A stretch of DNA of 64,000 bases from Thermoanaerobaculia bacterium (GCA_044226625.1 JBGAGQ010000005.1:64001-128000); one strand, 5' to 3'; shown: positions 9,599 through 19,790, counted from the stretch's first letter. The notes: a model not told the origin generated them from the sequence alone. Numbers and translations: made by a program.

Positions 9599-11217
9599 AG
9601 CGCGAAAACAAACTCGCTTTCGCCCACATCCTGGTCGCGATCGTGGCCTTCGGTCTCGGCGCGACGGTCGCCGTCATGCAGGCGTTGTCGCGCGCCAGCA
9701 TCGCGCTGCCGCTTCGCTCGCCGCGGATCTTCTACATCTCGGTTACGGCCCACGGCGTATTGATGGGCTTGGTGTTCACGACGTTCTTCATCATGGGACT
9801 CGGCTACGCGTTCTCCCGGGCGGCCTTTGGGCGGGTGACGGGGGAGAAGACCGCGTGGGCCTCGTTCTGGCTCGCGGTGGTCGGAACGGCGGCCGCGGCG
9901 GCGATGATCCTCTCGGGCAAGGCGACGGTTCTCTATACCTTCTACCCGCCGCTTCAGGCGCACCCGGTGTTCTACCTCGGCGCCACGGGTTTGGTGATCG
10001 GCTCGTGGGGCTGGTGCGGCGTGATGATCGCGAGCTACCGCTCGTGGCGGAAAGACAATCCGACCCTGCCCGTTCCGCTCGCGATGCACGGCATGCTGAC
10101 CACCGTCATCGTCTGGCTGCTCGCGACCTTCGGCCTCGCGATCGAGGTCGTGGTGCTGATCATCCCTTGGTCGCTCGGCCTGACGAAGACGATCGACCCG
10201 ATGCTCTGTCGGACCTTCTTCTGGTGGTTCGGTCACCCGCTGGTCTACTTCTGGCTGCTGCCCGCCTACGCGATCTGGTATTCGGTCCTGCCTCGGGTGG
10301 TGGGGGGCAAGCTGTTCAGCGACGGCCTCGGCCGGATGGTGTTCGTCCTGTTCATCCTGTTCTCGACTCCGGTGGGCTTCCACCATCAGTTCTCCGATCC
10401 GGGCATCTCGGCGGGTTGGAAGCTCGCGCACACCGTGACCACGTTCCTGATCCTCTTCCCGAGCCTCGTGACGGCGTTCACCCTGATCGCCTCGCTCGAG
10501 CTCGCGGCGAGGGCGCGGGGCGGCAAAGGACTTGTCGGTTGGGTCAAGGCGCTCCCTTGGGGACAGCCGTTCTTCGCTTCGGTCGGCCTCGCGATGCTCA
10601 CCTTCGCGATCGGCGGATTCGGCGGCGCGGTCAACGCGGCCTACGCGATGAACGCGATGGTCCACAATACGGCCTGGATCCAGGGACACTTCCACCTGAC
10701 GGTCGGCACCGCGGTGGCGCTCACCTTCATGGGCATCACCTATTGGCTGCTGCCCCGATTGACCGGGCGCGAGCTGCGCCTGTCGGGCGCCGCGGCCGTC
10801 CAGCCCTATCTCTGGTTCATCGGCATGATGATGTTCGGCGTGGTGAACCACGTGACCGGCGTGATGGGCATGCCGCGCCGCATCTACGACGCGGCCTACG
10901 GCGGCTCGGAGATCGCGGCCCGGTGGGCGCCGTGGACGGCGGTGAGCGCGGTGGGTGGGGTGGTGCTGTTCATCAGCTCGGCGCTGTTCCTCTCCGTGGT
11001 GATCGCGACTCTCCGTTACGGGCGGAAGATCGAAGCTCCCGAGATCGTGTTCGCCGAGGCGTACGACATGTCCGCGAAGCCAGTGCGGGGGATTTGGGAC
11101 CGTTGGCCGCTCTGGACTTCGATCGCGGTTGCCTTGGTCCTCGCCGCGTACGCGATGCCGATCATGCATCACCTGATGATGGAGCGGTTCGGCTCGATCG
11201 GATTCAAGCCCTTCTAG
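9595..11217 (+). CDS. cbaA: ba3-type (B-family) heme-copper oxidase subunit I
   Basis: ATGA overlap with subunit II. TAHGVLM, FWWFGHPLVYFWLLP, GFHHQF, HNTAWIQGHFHLTVG and GMPRR. Confidence 0.93.
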   Translation: MKRENKLAFAHILVAIVAFGLGATVAVMQALSRASIALPLRSPRIFYISVTAHGVLMGLVFTTFFIMGLGYAFSRAAFGRVTGEKTAWASFWLAVVGTAAAAAMILSGKATVLYTFYPPLQAHPVFYLGATGLVIGSWGWCGVMIASYRSWRKDNPTLPVPLAMHGMLTTVIVWLLATFGLAIEVVVLIIPWSLGLTKTIDPMLCRTFFWWFGHPLVYFWLLPAYAIWYSVLPRVVGGKLFSDGLGRMVFVLFILFSTPVGFHHQFSDPGISAGWKLAHTVTTFLILFPSLVTAFTLIASLELAARARGGKGLVGWVKALPWGQPFFASVGLAMLTFAIGGFGGAVNAAYAMNAMVHNTAWIQGHFHLTVGTAVALTFMGITYWLLPRLTGRELRLSGAAAVQPYLWFIGMMMFGVVNHVTGVMGMPRRIYDAAYGGSEIAARWAPWTAVSAVGGVVLFISSALFLSVVIATLRYGRKIEAPEIVFAEAYDMSAKPVRGIWDRWPLWTSIAVALVLAAYAMPIMHHLMMERFGSIGFKPF

Positions 11218-11355
11218 CTCCTTTCCAAAGGTTGAATTCCGGGCCGGCTTCGGCAAGGTGTTGCCGCCGCCGGCCCCTGTTCGTAGACTCAAGGCTCGGA
11301 GAATCCAGGATGATCCGGACTCCGAATCGAAAACGACCCTAAGAGGTGACGCTTC

Positions 11356-11838
11356 GTGAAGATCCATAAGGACCGTTTCACCCGCCGCTCGCTCGCAGTG
11401 CTCGCATTGGCCGCTCTGGTGGTTTTCTCCGTCGCTCCCGCGCAAGCGGCCCCGCGCGTGATCAAGATGAACGGCACCGACGCGATGAAGTTCAGCGTCG
11501 CTCAAATCAATGCCAAGCCGGGCGAGGAGCTGACGGTTCAGCTCACCGCCGTGAGCACCCAGGACAAAGCCGTGATGGCTCACAACTTCGTCCTGCTCGC
11601 GCAGGGCACCGACGTCAACGGTTTCGTCGTCGCCGCCTCGGTCGCCCGCGCGACCCAGCACATCCCGAAGCAGGAGAAGTGGAAGAAGGCGATTCTCGCG
11701 TCGACCGGCCTCGCCGGCGGCGGCCAGACCGTCACGGTGACCTTCAAGGCGCCGACCACGCCGGGCAACTACACCTACGTCTGCACGTTCCCGGGCCACT
11801 ACAACGGCGGCATGAAGGGCATCCTGACCGTCAAGTAG
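11356..11838 (+). CDS. Azurin/auracyanin-like blue copper protein
   Basis: Signal peptide, DAMKF, MAHNFVL and YVCTFPGHYNGGMKG (type-1 Cu ligands H, C, H, M). Confidence 0.9.
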   Translation: MKIHKDRFTRRSLAVLALAALVVFSVAPAQAAPRVIKMNGTDAMKFSVAQINAKPGEELTVQLTAVSTQDKAVMAHNFVLLAQGTDVNGFVVAASVARATQHIPKQEKWKKAILASTGLAGGGQTVTVTFKAPTTPGNYTYVCTFPGHYNGGMKGILTVK

Positions 11839-11854
11839 CCTCTCTGTCGCTCGA

Positions 11855-11897
11855 AAAGAAGAACGCCGGCTCGCTCGCGCGGGCCGGCGTTTTCTTT
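11855..11897. terminator. Likely bidirectional intrinsic terminator
   Basis: GC-rich hairpin AACGCCGGCTCGC...GCGGGCCGGCGTT, flanked by an A-rich and a T-rich tract, between convergent genes. Confidence 0.75.
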
Positions 11898-11930
11898 AGC
11901 TTGGGCCTCGACCGGGCCCTTCGATTCTGC

Positions 11931-12860
11931 CTAGATCTCGATGCCGCCCATCAGCCAGAGCATGACCGCCTTCTGGGTGTGGAGCCGGTTTTCGGCCTGA
12001 TCGTAGATACGGCTCTGCGGACCGTCGCAGACCTCGGCCGAGACCTCTTCGCCGCGGTGGGCGGGGAGGCAGTGGAGGAAGACCGCGTCCTTCTTGGCGA
12101 GCGCCATCATCGAGGCGTCCACCTCGTAGCCCGTGAACGCTTTGAGGCGGATCTGCGCCTCGGATTCCTGGCCCATCGAGGCCCAGACGTCGGTGGTCAC
12201 GCAGTCGGCGTCGACCACGGCCGCGCGTGGATCCTCGTGCAGCTCGATCGTGGTGCCCGCGGCGGCGGCGTCCTCACGCGCCTGGGCGAGGTACTTGTCC
12301 TGCACTTTGTAGCCTTCCGGCGAGGCGATCGCGATGTTCATGCCGCACTTGGCGGCGCCGAACATCAGCGAGTGGGCCATGTTGTTGCCGTCACCCACGT
12401 AGGCGATCTTCCGCCCCTTGAGATCGCCGAAGATCTCCGTCAAGGTGAAGTAGTCGGTGAGTCCCTGGCACGGGTGGAGGTCGTCGGTGAGGCCGTTGAT
12501 CACCGGCACCGAGCCGTACTTCGCGAGATCGGTCACGGTCTGATGCGCGAAGGTGCGGGCCATGATGCCGGAGACGTAGCGCGAAAGGACCTGCGCGGTG
12601 TCGGAGATCGGCTCGCCGCGGCCGAGCTGGATGTCGCGGCTCGACAGGAACAGCGCATGGCCGCCCATCTGGAAGGTTCCCACCTCGAACGAGACGCGGG
12701 TGCGGGTGGAGGATTTCTCGAAGATCATGCCGAGGGTCTTGCCGGCGAGCGCGGAGGCATATTTCGCCGGGTTCGCCTTGACGTCGGCGGCGAGGCGGAA
12801 CAGGCCGGCGACCTGGGACGCGGAAAGGTCGTGGATCGAGATGAGGTGGCGGGGAGACAT
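11931..12860 (-). CDS. argF: Ornithine carbamoyltransferase
   Basis: SSTRTRVSFE, HPCQ, DVWASMG and FLHCLP motifs. Last gene of the arcA-arcC unit, so it may function as ArcB. Confidence 0.93.
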   Translation of the reverse strand: MSPRHLISIHDLSASQVAGLFRLAADVKANPAKYASALAGKTLGMIFEKSSTRTRVSFEVGTFQMGGHALFLSSRDIQLGRGEPISDTAQVLSRYVSGIMARTFAHQTVTDLAKYGSVPVINGLTDDLHPCQGLTDYFTLTEIFGDLKGRKIAYVGDGNNMAHSLMFGAAKCGMNIAIASPEGYKVQDKYLAQAREDAAAAGTTIELHEDPRAAVVDADCVTTDVWASMGQESEAQIRLKAFTGYEVDASMMALAKKDAVFLHCLPAHRGEEVSAEVCDGPQSRIYDQAENRLHTQKAVMLWLMGGIEI

Positions 12861-12966
12861 GGGAGCCGCTCCTGAAGGGAAGGCGCGCCGATCGGGATGA
12901 CGCGCCGGAGTTTTCGTTTCGTTGTCGACGTTCTTGGGTAGGTTTGAAGGACGGTCGGTGGGCGGT

Positions 12967-14061
12967 CTAGGGAACGAGCCGCGTGCCGCTCTCCCCTTCG
13001 AGCGCCGCTTCGAGATGTTCGATATTGGTGATCAGGGCCGGGCGGCCGGTCGAGGCGACGAAGTCGATCGCCGATTCGATTTTGGGCCCCATGCTGCCGG
13101 CCGGGAACTGGCCTTTGTCGTAGAGACGGCGCGCCTCGGACAGGGGCAGGACCGGCAGCGGCTCCTGGTCTTTTCGGCCGAAGTTCTTCACCACCTGGGG
13201 CACGCCCGTGAGCAGGATGAACAGATCCGCTTTCAAATCGCGCGCGAGCAGGGCGGAGGTGCGGTCCTTGTCGATCACCGCCTCGACGCCGACCAGCCGG
13301 CCGCTCCCCTTGCGCACGACCGGGATGCCGCCGCCGCCGCCCGCGATCACGAGATGCCCGTGGTCGAGCAGGCTACGGACCGCGCCGACGTTGACGATCT
13401 CGAGCGGGCGCGGGCTGGGGACGACCTTGCGCCAGCCGCGGCCGGAGTCCTCGACCATCTTCCAGCGCAGCCGCCGCTGCAGCTCGAGCGCGCGATGGCG
13501 GGCGAAGAACGGGCCGATCGGCTTGCTCGGCGTACGGAACGCCGGATCGTCGCGATCGACCGTGACGAGGGTGAGGACGGTCGCCACCTGACGCTTGATG
13601 TGCTGCGAGGCGAGCCGATTGCGGATCGCGAGCTCGAGCAGGAAGCCCATGCCCCCTTCGGTCTCGGCGACCGCGAAGTCGACGGTCCCGGGCGGCACCT
13701 TGGCCGCCGCCTCTTCCATCTGGATCAACACCTGGCCGACCTGCGGGCCGTTGCCGTGCACGCAGACCAGATCGTAGCCACGCCGGGAAAAGTCGGCGAG
13801 CCAGACCGCCGCGCCTTCGGACCGGCGCAGCTGCTCGGCGACCGTGCCGTCGTCCTCCGGGCGTAGGAGCGCATTGCCGCCGAACGCCACGACCGCGAGC
13901 GGGCGATGCGCCTTCTGGGTCGCGATCGGCGCCAGGTTCTCGTCCGGGCTGGCGGCAGAATTGGCTGCGGTCTTGGCGGGGGCCGCGGGCTTCGCGGTGG
14001 CCCTCCGGGGCTTGGCCTTTTTGCGTGCGGCCGATGGGGTGGCCGATTTTTCCGGGCTCAC
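12967..14061 (-). CDS. arcC: Carbamate kinase
   Basis: AFGGNAL, HGNGPQVG, PSKPIGPF, VVPSPRP, GGGGIPV, EAVIDKD and GSMGPKI. GTG start overlaps the arcA stop. Confidence 0.92.
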   Translation of the reverse strand: MSPEKSATPSAARKKAKPRRATAKPAAPAKTAANSAASPDENLAPIATQKAHRPLAVVAFGGNALLRPEDDGTVAEQLRRSEGAAVWLADFSRRGYDLVCVHGNGPQVGQVLIQMEEAAAKVPPGTVDFAVAETEGGMGFLLELAIRNRLASQHIKRQVATVLTLVTVDRDDPAFRTPSKPIGPFFARHRALELQRRLRWKMVEDSGRGWRKVVPSPRPLEIVNVGAVRSLLDHGHLVIAGGGGGIPVVRKGSGRLVGVEAVIDKDRTSALLARDLKADLFILLTGVPQVVKNFGRKDQEPLPVLPLSEARRLYDKGQFPAGSMGPKIESAIDFVASTGRPALITNIEHLEAALEGESGTRLVP

Positions 14062-15326
14062 AGGGGATCCCTCTCGAGCGGCATGGTCATGCAACGCGGA
14101 CCGCCGCGGGCGCGCGACAGCTCGTTGTCGAGCAGGCTCACGACCGTGGGGCCCTGGCCGAACAGCGCGGTCCGGCCGGCGAGGAGGTCCTCGGCCTCGA
14201 CGATCCGCCAGCCGCGCCGGGCGAGCTCGTCGAAGGTCCGTCGATTGCGGTGGTAGAGGAGGATGACGCCCGGGGCGAGCGCGAACGCGTTTGCGCCGTC
14301 GGTCCACTGCTCGCGCTCCTGATCGAGGCGGTCCGTGCCGCCGCAGGGGACAACCTCGAGCTCCATGCCGAGATCGGCGAGCGCGGAGAGCAGCGACGGC
14401 CGCACGGCGAACGTGAGCTCCTTGGCGTAGAGGTCGACGTAATAGACGTGCGCCGATTCCGCCCGGCCCGGGGCGATGACCGGCAGGTGGGCCAGGCAGG
14501 TCTCCCGGTCGATCTGGGTGAACACGGTGTCGAGGTGCATGTAGGAGCGCGAGCGCGGCAGCTCGACCAGGATCAGGTGGCGGAACGTCGTCTCTTCGAG
14601 GCGCAGGTACTCGGCGAGGACCTCGACGCCGCGGCGGTTGGTCCGCTCGGAGACGCCGACGCAGACGATCTCCGGGCTCACCACCAGGACGTCCCCCCCT
14701 TCGAGCGTCGGGTAGGGATAGGAGGGGTCGTGATGGCGAGCACCGGACGGGGGCACCTCGATCTCGAACGTCGCGGCGAGCCCCGAGAACTCCGAGTGGT
14801 GGCGGACGACGAGCCCGGACAGGAGAGGCTCGCGCTCGCGCGCCTCGGTCGCCATCGACGAGATCACGGCGCGGTTGCCGAGGATCAGCATCGGATCGCG
14901 CTGGAAGAAGTAGTTGGGCAGCGGGGTGAGATCGAAGATCTTCCGCAGCCGCAGATCGGGCGAGGCCGAAAGGGTGCCTTCGATCAGGGCGCTCGCGAGC
15001 GCGCCGGGCGCGAGGTCGCCGAGCGCGAGAACGACGTCGCGCGCCACGCCGTATTCGGTCTCCAGGTCGAGCAGCAGCTTGGCGTGGGCCTCGTCCTCGG
15101 CGAGCAGCTCGGCCAACAGGTCGCGCGGATCGAGGACCGCGACGCCCGCGCTCGCGAGCACGTCGCGGAACGAGTCATGCTCCTCGCGCGCGCCGTCGCC
15201 GAACAGGATGTCGTCGAAGAGAAGGGTCTCCATCATCGAGGGGACCATCCGGTCGATCTCCCGGCCGGGGCGGTGCACGAGGACGCGCCGAAGGCGTCCG
15301 ATCTCCGAATCGACGTGAATCGACAT
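14058..15326 (-). CDS. arcA: Arginine deiminase
   Basis: SEIGRLRRVLVHRPG, LLFDD, NYFFQRD, LEGGD, MHLDTVFT and ELSRARGGPRCMTMP. Confidence 0.93.
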   Translation of the reverse strand: MSIHVDSEIGRLRRVLVHRPGREIDRMVPSMMETLLFDDILFGDGAREEHDSFRDVLASAGVAVLDPRDLLAELLAEDEAHAKLLLDLETEYGVARDVVLALGDLAPGALASALIEGTLSASPDLRLRKIFDLTPLPNYFFQRDPMLILGNRAVISSMATEAREREPLLSGLVVRHHSEFSGLAATFEIEVPPSGARHHDPSYPYPTLEGGDVLVVSPEIVCVGVSERTNRRGVEVLAEYLRLEETTFRHLILVELPRSRSYMHLDTVFTQIDRETCLAHLPVIAPGRAESAHVYYVDLYAKELTFAVRPSLLSALADLGMELEVVPCGGTDRLDQEREQWTDGANAFALAPGVILLYHRNRRTFDELARRGWRIVEAEDLLAGRTALFGQGPTVVSLLDNELSRARGGPRCMTMPLERDPL

Positions 15327-15450
15327 AAAGGCTCTTGAAATCCGAAATACCGCGGGTGAATCGAGGGGCGACGGGATGGGTCCGTCTCCGGACCGGGCGC
15401 AGATTGTAGCAGACGGGAAAAACCGGGTTTGAACGATAGACTCCGCCCCC

Positions 15451-16896
15451 ATGGCTCCCACCCCCGACGACTCCCCGCAGAACCCCCTCTACGAACGATA
15501 CGCCTCGCGCGAGATGATGCGGATCTTCTCGGCGAAACACCGATACGGCACCTGGCGGACGCTCTGGATCGCGCTCGCCGAAACGCAGCGCGAGCTCGGC
15601 CTGCCGATCTCGGAGGACCAGATCGCGGCGCTCCGCGCAACGGCGGACGACCTCGATCTCTCCCGGGTCGCCGAGCTCGAGCGGCGGACGCGTCACGACG
15701 TGGTCGCCCATCTCCGTCACTACGCGGAGCAGGCCGACGCGGTCTGCCCAGGGGCGGGGGGAATCCTCCACCTCGGCGCGACCTCGGCGTTCCTCACCGA
15801 CAACACGGACGCGGTCCTGATGCGCGACGGGCTTCGGCTCCTCGCCCGGCGGCTTGGCGCGGCGGCCCGCGCGCTCGCGGCCTTCGCCCGGCGGACGCGG
15901 GCGATTCCGACGCTCGCCTATACCCATCTGCAACCCGCGCAGCTCACCACCGTGGGCAAGCGCGCGAGCCTCTGGCTCCAGGACCTGCTCGAGGATCTGA
16001 CGGAGATCGACCGCCGTCTCGATCGACTACGCTGCCGCGGCGCCAAGGGGACGACCGGTACGCAAGCGAGTTTCCTCACGCTCTTTGCGGGCGATCACGA
16101 GAAGGTCCGCGCGCTCGACCGCCGTCTCGCCGAGAGGCTCGACTTCGCCGGAAGCTTTCCGCTCACCGGCCAGACTTACACGCGAAAACAGGACAGCCAG
16201 GTCCTGCAAACGCTGTCGGGTATCGGCGAGAGCTGCCATAAGTTCGGCACCGACCTGCGGTTGCTGCAGGGGATGGGTGAGCTGTCCGAGCCGTTCGATG
16301 CCGAACAGGTCGGCTCGTCGGCGATGGCCTACAAGCGGAATCCGGTGCGCTCCGAGCGGATGTGCGGACTCGCGCGCCGGTTGATCACGGATGCGCTCAA
16401 CGGTCCGCTCAACACCGCGACGCAATGGCTCGAGCGAAGCCTCGACGACTCGGCGAACCGACGCCTGGTGATCGCTGACATGTTCCTAACCGCCGACGCG
16501 GTGTCGAGTCTCGCGGCACACGTCGCGAGCGGCCTCGTGGTGCGGGAAACCTCGATCGCCGCACGGATTTCCCGCGAGCTTCCGTTCATGGCGACCGAGA
16601 CGCTGTTGATGGAATCGGCATTGCGCGGCGGCGACCGGCAAGAGCTGCACGAACGCATCCGGCGCTACAGCCTCGACACGCAAGCCGAGCTCGAACAGGG
16701 CGGAACGAATCGTCTTATCGAGCGGATCGCCGCGGATCCCGATTTTCGTTTGAGCCGCGAGGAGATCGAGCCCTGGCTCGATCCGCTCGCTTTCACCGGC
16801 CGCGCGGCCGAGCAGGTGGACGATTTTCTCCGCGAGGTCGCCGAGCCGCTCCTCGCCGACGTTGTCGAACAAGAGGTGGAAGCGCCGCGGATATAG
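15451..16896 (+). CDS. purB: Adenylosuccinate lyase
   Basis: HDVVAH, HLGATS, THLQPAQ, GSSAMAYKRNP signature and ERSLDDSANRR. Confidence 0.93.
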   Translation: MAPTPDDSPQNPLYERYASREMMRIFSAKHRYGTWRTLWIALAETQRELGLPISEDQIAALRATADDLDLSRVAELERRTRHDVVAHLRHYAEQADAVCPGAGGILHLGATSAFLTDNTDAVLMRDGLRLLARRLGAAARALAAFARRTRAIPTLAYTHLQPAQLTTVGKRASLWLQDLLEDLTEIDRRLDRLRCRGAKGTTGTQASFLTLFAGDHEKVRALDRRLAERLDFAGSFPLTGQTYTRKQDSQVLQTLSGIGESCHKFGTDLRLLQGMGELSEPFDAEQVGSSAMAYKRNPVRSERMCGLARRLITDALNGPLNTATQWLERSLDDSANRRLVIADMFLTADAVSSLAAHVASGLVVRETSIAARISRELPFMATETLLMESALRGGDRQELHERIRRYSLDTQAELEQGGTNRLIERIAADPDFRLSREEIEPWLDPLAFTGRAAEQVDDFLREVAEPLLADVVEQEVEAPRI

Positions 16897-17160
16897 CGGG
16901 CCGTGGGCTATCGGCGGGCGAGTGAGGTGCCGCCGCGAGGCTGAAAATTCGCCTGTGTTACACTTTCGACGCTCGCCGTAGTCGTGCGTAGGCATCAAGC
17001 CGTGGGACTCGTCTCCGGAGTCGCTCCGGGCGAACGAGCGAAGTGCATGTCACACGACCCGCACGTTGGACCCGACCGCGTGGCGCGATCGGTGTCGCGA
17101 AACTCTTCGCGATGCATATCGGATGCCGCGGCCGCTTCTCTCCGAGGGCGAGGGCGGCGC

Positions 17161-17784
17161 ATGCTTCAGGCCGCGATCCTCCTCCTGGGACCGTGGCTCT
17201 TCTTTGGCTGCTCGGGTCTGCGTAAACCGATCTCTCCTCCCGCCTCACCTTCGATCGGGCCTTTCTACTCCAAGGGCGTTGCGTCCTGGTATGGCCGCGA
17301 ATTCCATGGCCGGCGGACGGCGAACGGCGAACGCTACGATCAATACGGATTCACGGCTGCGCATCGCACGCTGCCTTTCGGCACTCGGCTTCTGGTCACC
17401 AACCTCCAGAACGGGATGAGCACCGTGGTCAAGGTGAACGACCGCGGGCCGTTCGCCAAAGACCGCATCCTCGATCTGTCGTACGGCGCGGCGAAGGCGA
17501 TCGGCATGGTGGGACCGGGAACGGCGAGCGTTCAGCTCGAGCTCGTCGACGGTCCGGCGCCGCCGCCGCGCTATACCGTGCAGGTGGGCGCGTTCGCGGC
17601 GGCCGAGCGCGCGACGGAGTTGCACGATCGGTTGATGGGAACGTTTCCCGAGGTGAACGTCCAGACCGACGGCACGTGGTATCGCGTGCGCGTCGGCACG
17701 TTCGGCGAACGCGATCAGGCCGAAGGGATGCGGCGCGAGCTCGCCGCGCTCGGCATGTCGGCGTTCGTGATCGCGGCGCAGTAG
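17161..17784 (+). CDS. rlpA: Septal ring lytic transglycosylase RlpA with SPOR domain
   Basis: ASWYG..FHGRRTANGE, TAAHRTLPFG, VNDRGPF, ILDLS and a C-terminal YTVQVGAF SPOR domain. Lipobox-like FFGC. Start uncertain. Confidence 0.88.
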   Translation: MLQAAILLLGPWLFFGCSGLRKPISPPASPSIGPFYSKGVASWYGREFHGRRTANGERYDQYGFTAAHRTLPFGTRLLVTNLQNGMSTVVKVNDRGPFAKDRILDLSYGAAKAIGMVGPGTASVQLELVDGPAPPPRYTVQVGAFAAAERATELHDRLMGTFPEVNVQTDGTWYRVRVGTFGERDQAEGMRRELAALGMSAFVIAAQ

Positions 17785-17871
17785 CCCGACGTTTTCAGCA
17801 CCGTTTCGATCTCCCCGCCTTCCTTCGCGCAGGGCTCGGTGAAGATCTTCGCCGTGGAAGGAATTGGGTTG

Positions 17872-17909
17872 AAAAGAAGAAGAGCCTCGCGGTAACCCAC
17901 GCGAGGCTC
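17872..17909 (-). terminator. Intrinsic terminator of hup
   Basis: GAGCCTCGCG-8 nt loop-CGCGAGGCTC hairpin with an A-rich run on its + strand 5' side (U-tract on the minus strand). Confidence 0.7.
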
Positions 17910-17947
17910 GAGATTTCTTCGGCGAACGGGCGCCGGAAAAAAACCGC

Positions 17948-18247
17948 CTACCGCTTGCGGCTCTTCTTGTTGACGGCTTCCTTGAGCTCTTTGCCCGCCT
18001 TGAAGCGGACGCTCTTGCTGGCCTTGATCGTGATCGTGGCCCCGGTGGCGGGGTTGCGACCCTTGCGCGACGCGCGCTCGGAGATCGAGAAGCTTCCGAG
18101 CCCGGTCACTTTCACAGTGCCGTCGGCGTGAAGGTGCCTGCGCACCGACGCCACGACCGCCTCGAATGCCTCGGCTGCTTGACGCTTGGTCAACCCTTCG
18201 ACGGCACCCGCGATATCTTCAACGATTTGCGCCTTACCAGCGGCCAT
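17948..18247 (-). CDS. hup: HU family DNA-binding protein
   Basis: GLGSFS..RASRKGRNPATG and VRFKAGKELKEAVN. AGGAGGAG RBS. Confidence 0.93.
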   Translation of the reverse strand: MAAGKAQIVEDIAGAVEGLTKRQAAEAFEAVVASVRRHLHADGTVKVTGLGSFSISERASRKGRNPATGATITIKASKSVRFKAGKELKEAVNKKSRKR

Positions 18248-18352
18248 ACTGTCTCCTCCTTGGATTTCGCTCACTCAGGTGAAACGGTGGTCACAACATA
18301 AGTCAACACCGACGGCCTGTCAAGGCGCGTCGGCGGCACGAAAACCCGCATC

Positions 18353-19768
18353 TTACGGGGCTTTTTCGAGCACGTGGACGGAAAAACCGTCATGCTCGTC
18401 GGCGGTTAGCAGGCGCCAGAACCCGGGTCCGAGAACGCCGCGCGCGATCTGCGGCGAGACCAGCGCGGCGAGGTCGAGCGGCTTGAAATCCGGCCTGCCC
18501 GCGAGGAACCGGGCGATCACGTGCTCGTTCTCTTCCTCCTCGAGCGAGCAGGTGATCGCGACCAGCAAGCCGCCGGGCGCTACCGCCTCCGCACTCCCTT
18601 CGAGCAGGCGGTGCGCCTGATGCGCGAGGCGTCCGATCTCCGACTCGCTGATCCGCCACTTGAGCTCGGGGTTCTTGCGTAGCGTGCCCGTGCCCGTACA
18701 CGGAAGGTCGAGGACGACGCGGTCGAAAGCGCCCGCGGTGAACGGTGGCGCGCCCGCGTCGCCGATCAGGCCCGGCATCTTGCGGCCGAGCCGCCGGAGG
18801 TTCGCGGCGAGCGTGCCGAAGCGTCCCGGCGAGATGTCGGCGAGCGTGAGCCGGACGGTAGGTTCCCAGGCGAGCAGGGAAAACGCCTTGCCGCCGGGCG
18901 CCGCAGCGGCGTCGAGGATCCGCTCGCCTGGACGCGGCGGCGGGATCAGCGCGGAGGCCTGGCTCGCCTCGTCTTGGACGTAGAAGTTGCCGGCGCGGAA
19001 CGCTTCGGTCGCGAACGGCTGGCCGCTGCGCACGGTGAGACCGAGCGTCGAGAGCGGCGTCGGCTCGACCTCGAGACCGGCGTCGATGAGCTCTTCGGCG
19101 AGCAGCTCACGGCCGCCGCGATCGCGAAAGGCGAGGATCTGGATCGGCCGCTGGCGATTGTTCGCCGCGAGCAGGGCGCGAGTCTCCTCTTCTCCAAAGC
19201 GAGCGAGCCAGCGGCGGACCAGGAAGTCGGGATGACTGAGCTCGATCCCCAATCGGCGGACCGGATCGGCGTCGTCGATCCGCCATTCCTCCAATCGGGG
19301 GGCGCGCGCGATCCGGCGCAACACCGCGTTGACGAACCCGGCGGCACCGCGGTGCGCGAGATGGTGCACCTGCTCGACGGCCTCGTGGACCGCGGCGTGC
19401 GCCGGCACGCGGTCAAGGAACAACAGCTGGTAGGCGCCGATCCGCAGCGGTGACCAGAGCGCGGCTTCGATCTGTTCGAGCGGCCGGTTCGCCGCGCGGG
19501 CGACCACGTGGTCGAGCAGCCGAAGCCAACGCAGGCTGCCAAGCGAGAGCTCGGTGAGCAGCGCCTGATCGCGCTCGTCGAACCGGTCGAGCGCGCTCGC
19601 CAGGAAGGTGTCGACGGGGGCGTGCGAGGCGAGCACCCGATCGAGAACCCACGCGGCGGCGATGCGCACGTTGTCCTGCGGCGTCCGGCGCGGCGTGAGC
19701 CTGCGGCTGGGGGGTGGTCCGGCCGAGGAGGCGCGTGCGGACGGCGCGATGGGACGATGTCGGCTCAA
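18353..19768 (-). CDS. rsmB: 16S rRNA m5C967 methyltransferase RsmB/Sun (NusB-like N-terminal domain)
   Basis: GFVNAVLR, SHP, VQDEASQ, DAAAAPGGK, DLPCTGTG and TCS motifs. Follows fmt. Start (TTG 19768) uncertain. Confidence 0.88.
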   Translation of the reverse strand: MSRHRPIAPSARASSAGPPPSRRLTPRRTPQDNVRIAAAWVLDRVLASHAPVDTFLASALDRFDERDQALLTELSLGSLRWLRLLDHVVARAANRPLEQIEAALWSPLRIGAYQLLFLDRVPAHAAVHEAVEQVHHLAHRGAAGFVNAVLRRIARAPRLEEWRIDDADPVRRLGIELSHPDFLVRRWLARFGEEETRALLAANNRQRPIQILAFRDRGGRELLAEELIDAGLEVEPTPLSTLGLTVRSGQPFATEAFRAGNFYVQDEASQASALIPPPRPGERILDAAAAPGGKAFSLLAWEPTVRLTLADISPGRFGTLAANLRRLGRKMPGLIGDAGAPPFTAGAFDRVVLDLPCTGTGTLRKNPELKWRISESEIGRLAHQAHRLLEGSAEAVAPGGLLVAITCSLEEEENEHVIARFLAGRPDFKPLDLAALVSPQIARGVLGPGFWRLLTADEHDGFSVHVLEKAP

Positions 19769-19790
19769 TACGGTCTCCGGATCGGAGGGA

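Noticed and set aside
9022-11799. Long antisense or alternative-frame ORFs (e.g. 9022-11799 minus, 41321-44146 plus, 57077-58978 minus)
   Set aside because: These are Arg/Gly/Pro-rich shadow frames expected in high-GC DNA, and they overlap well-supported genes.
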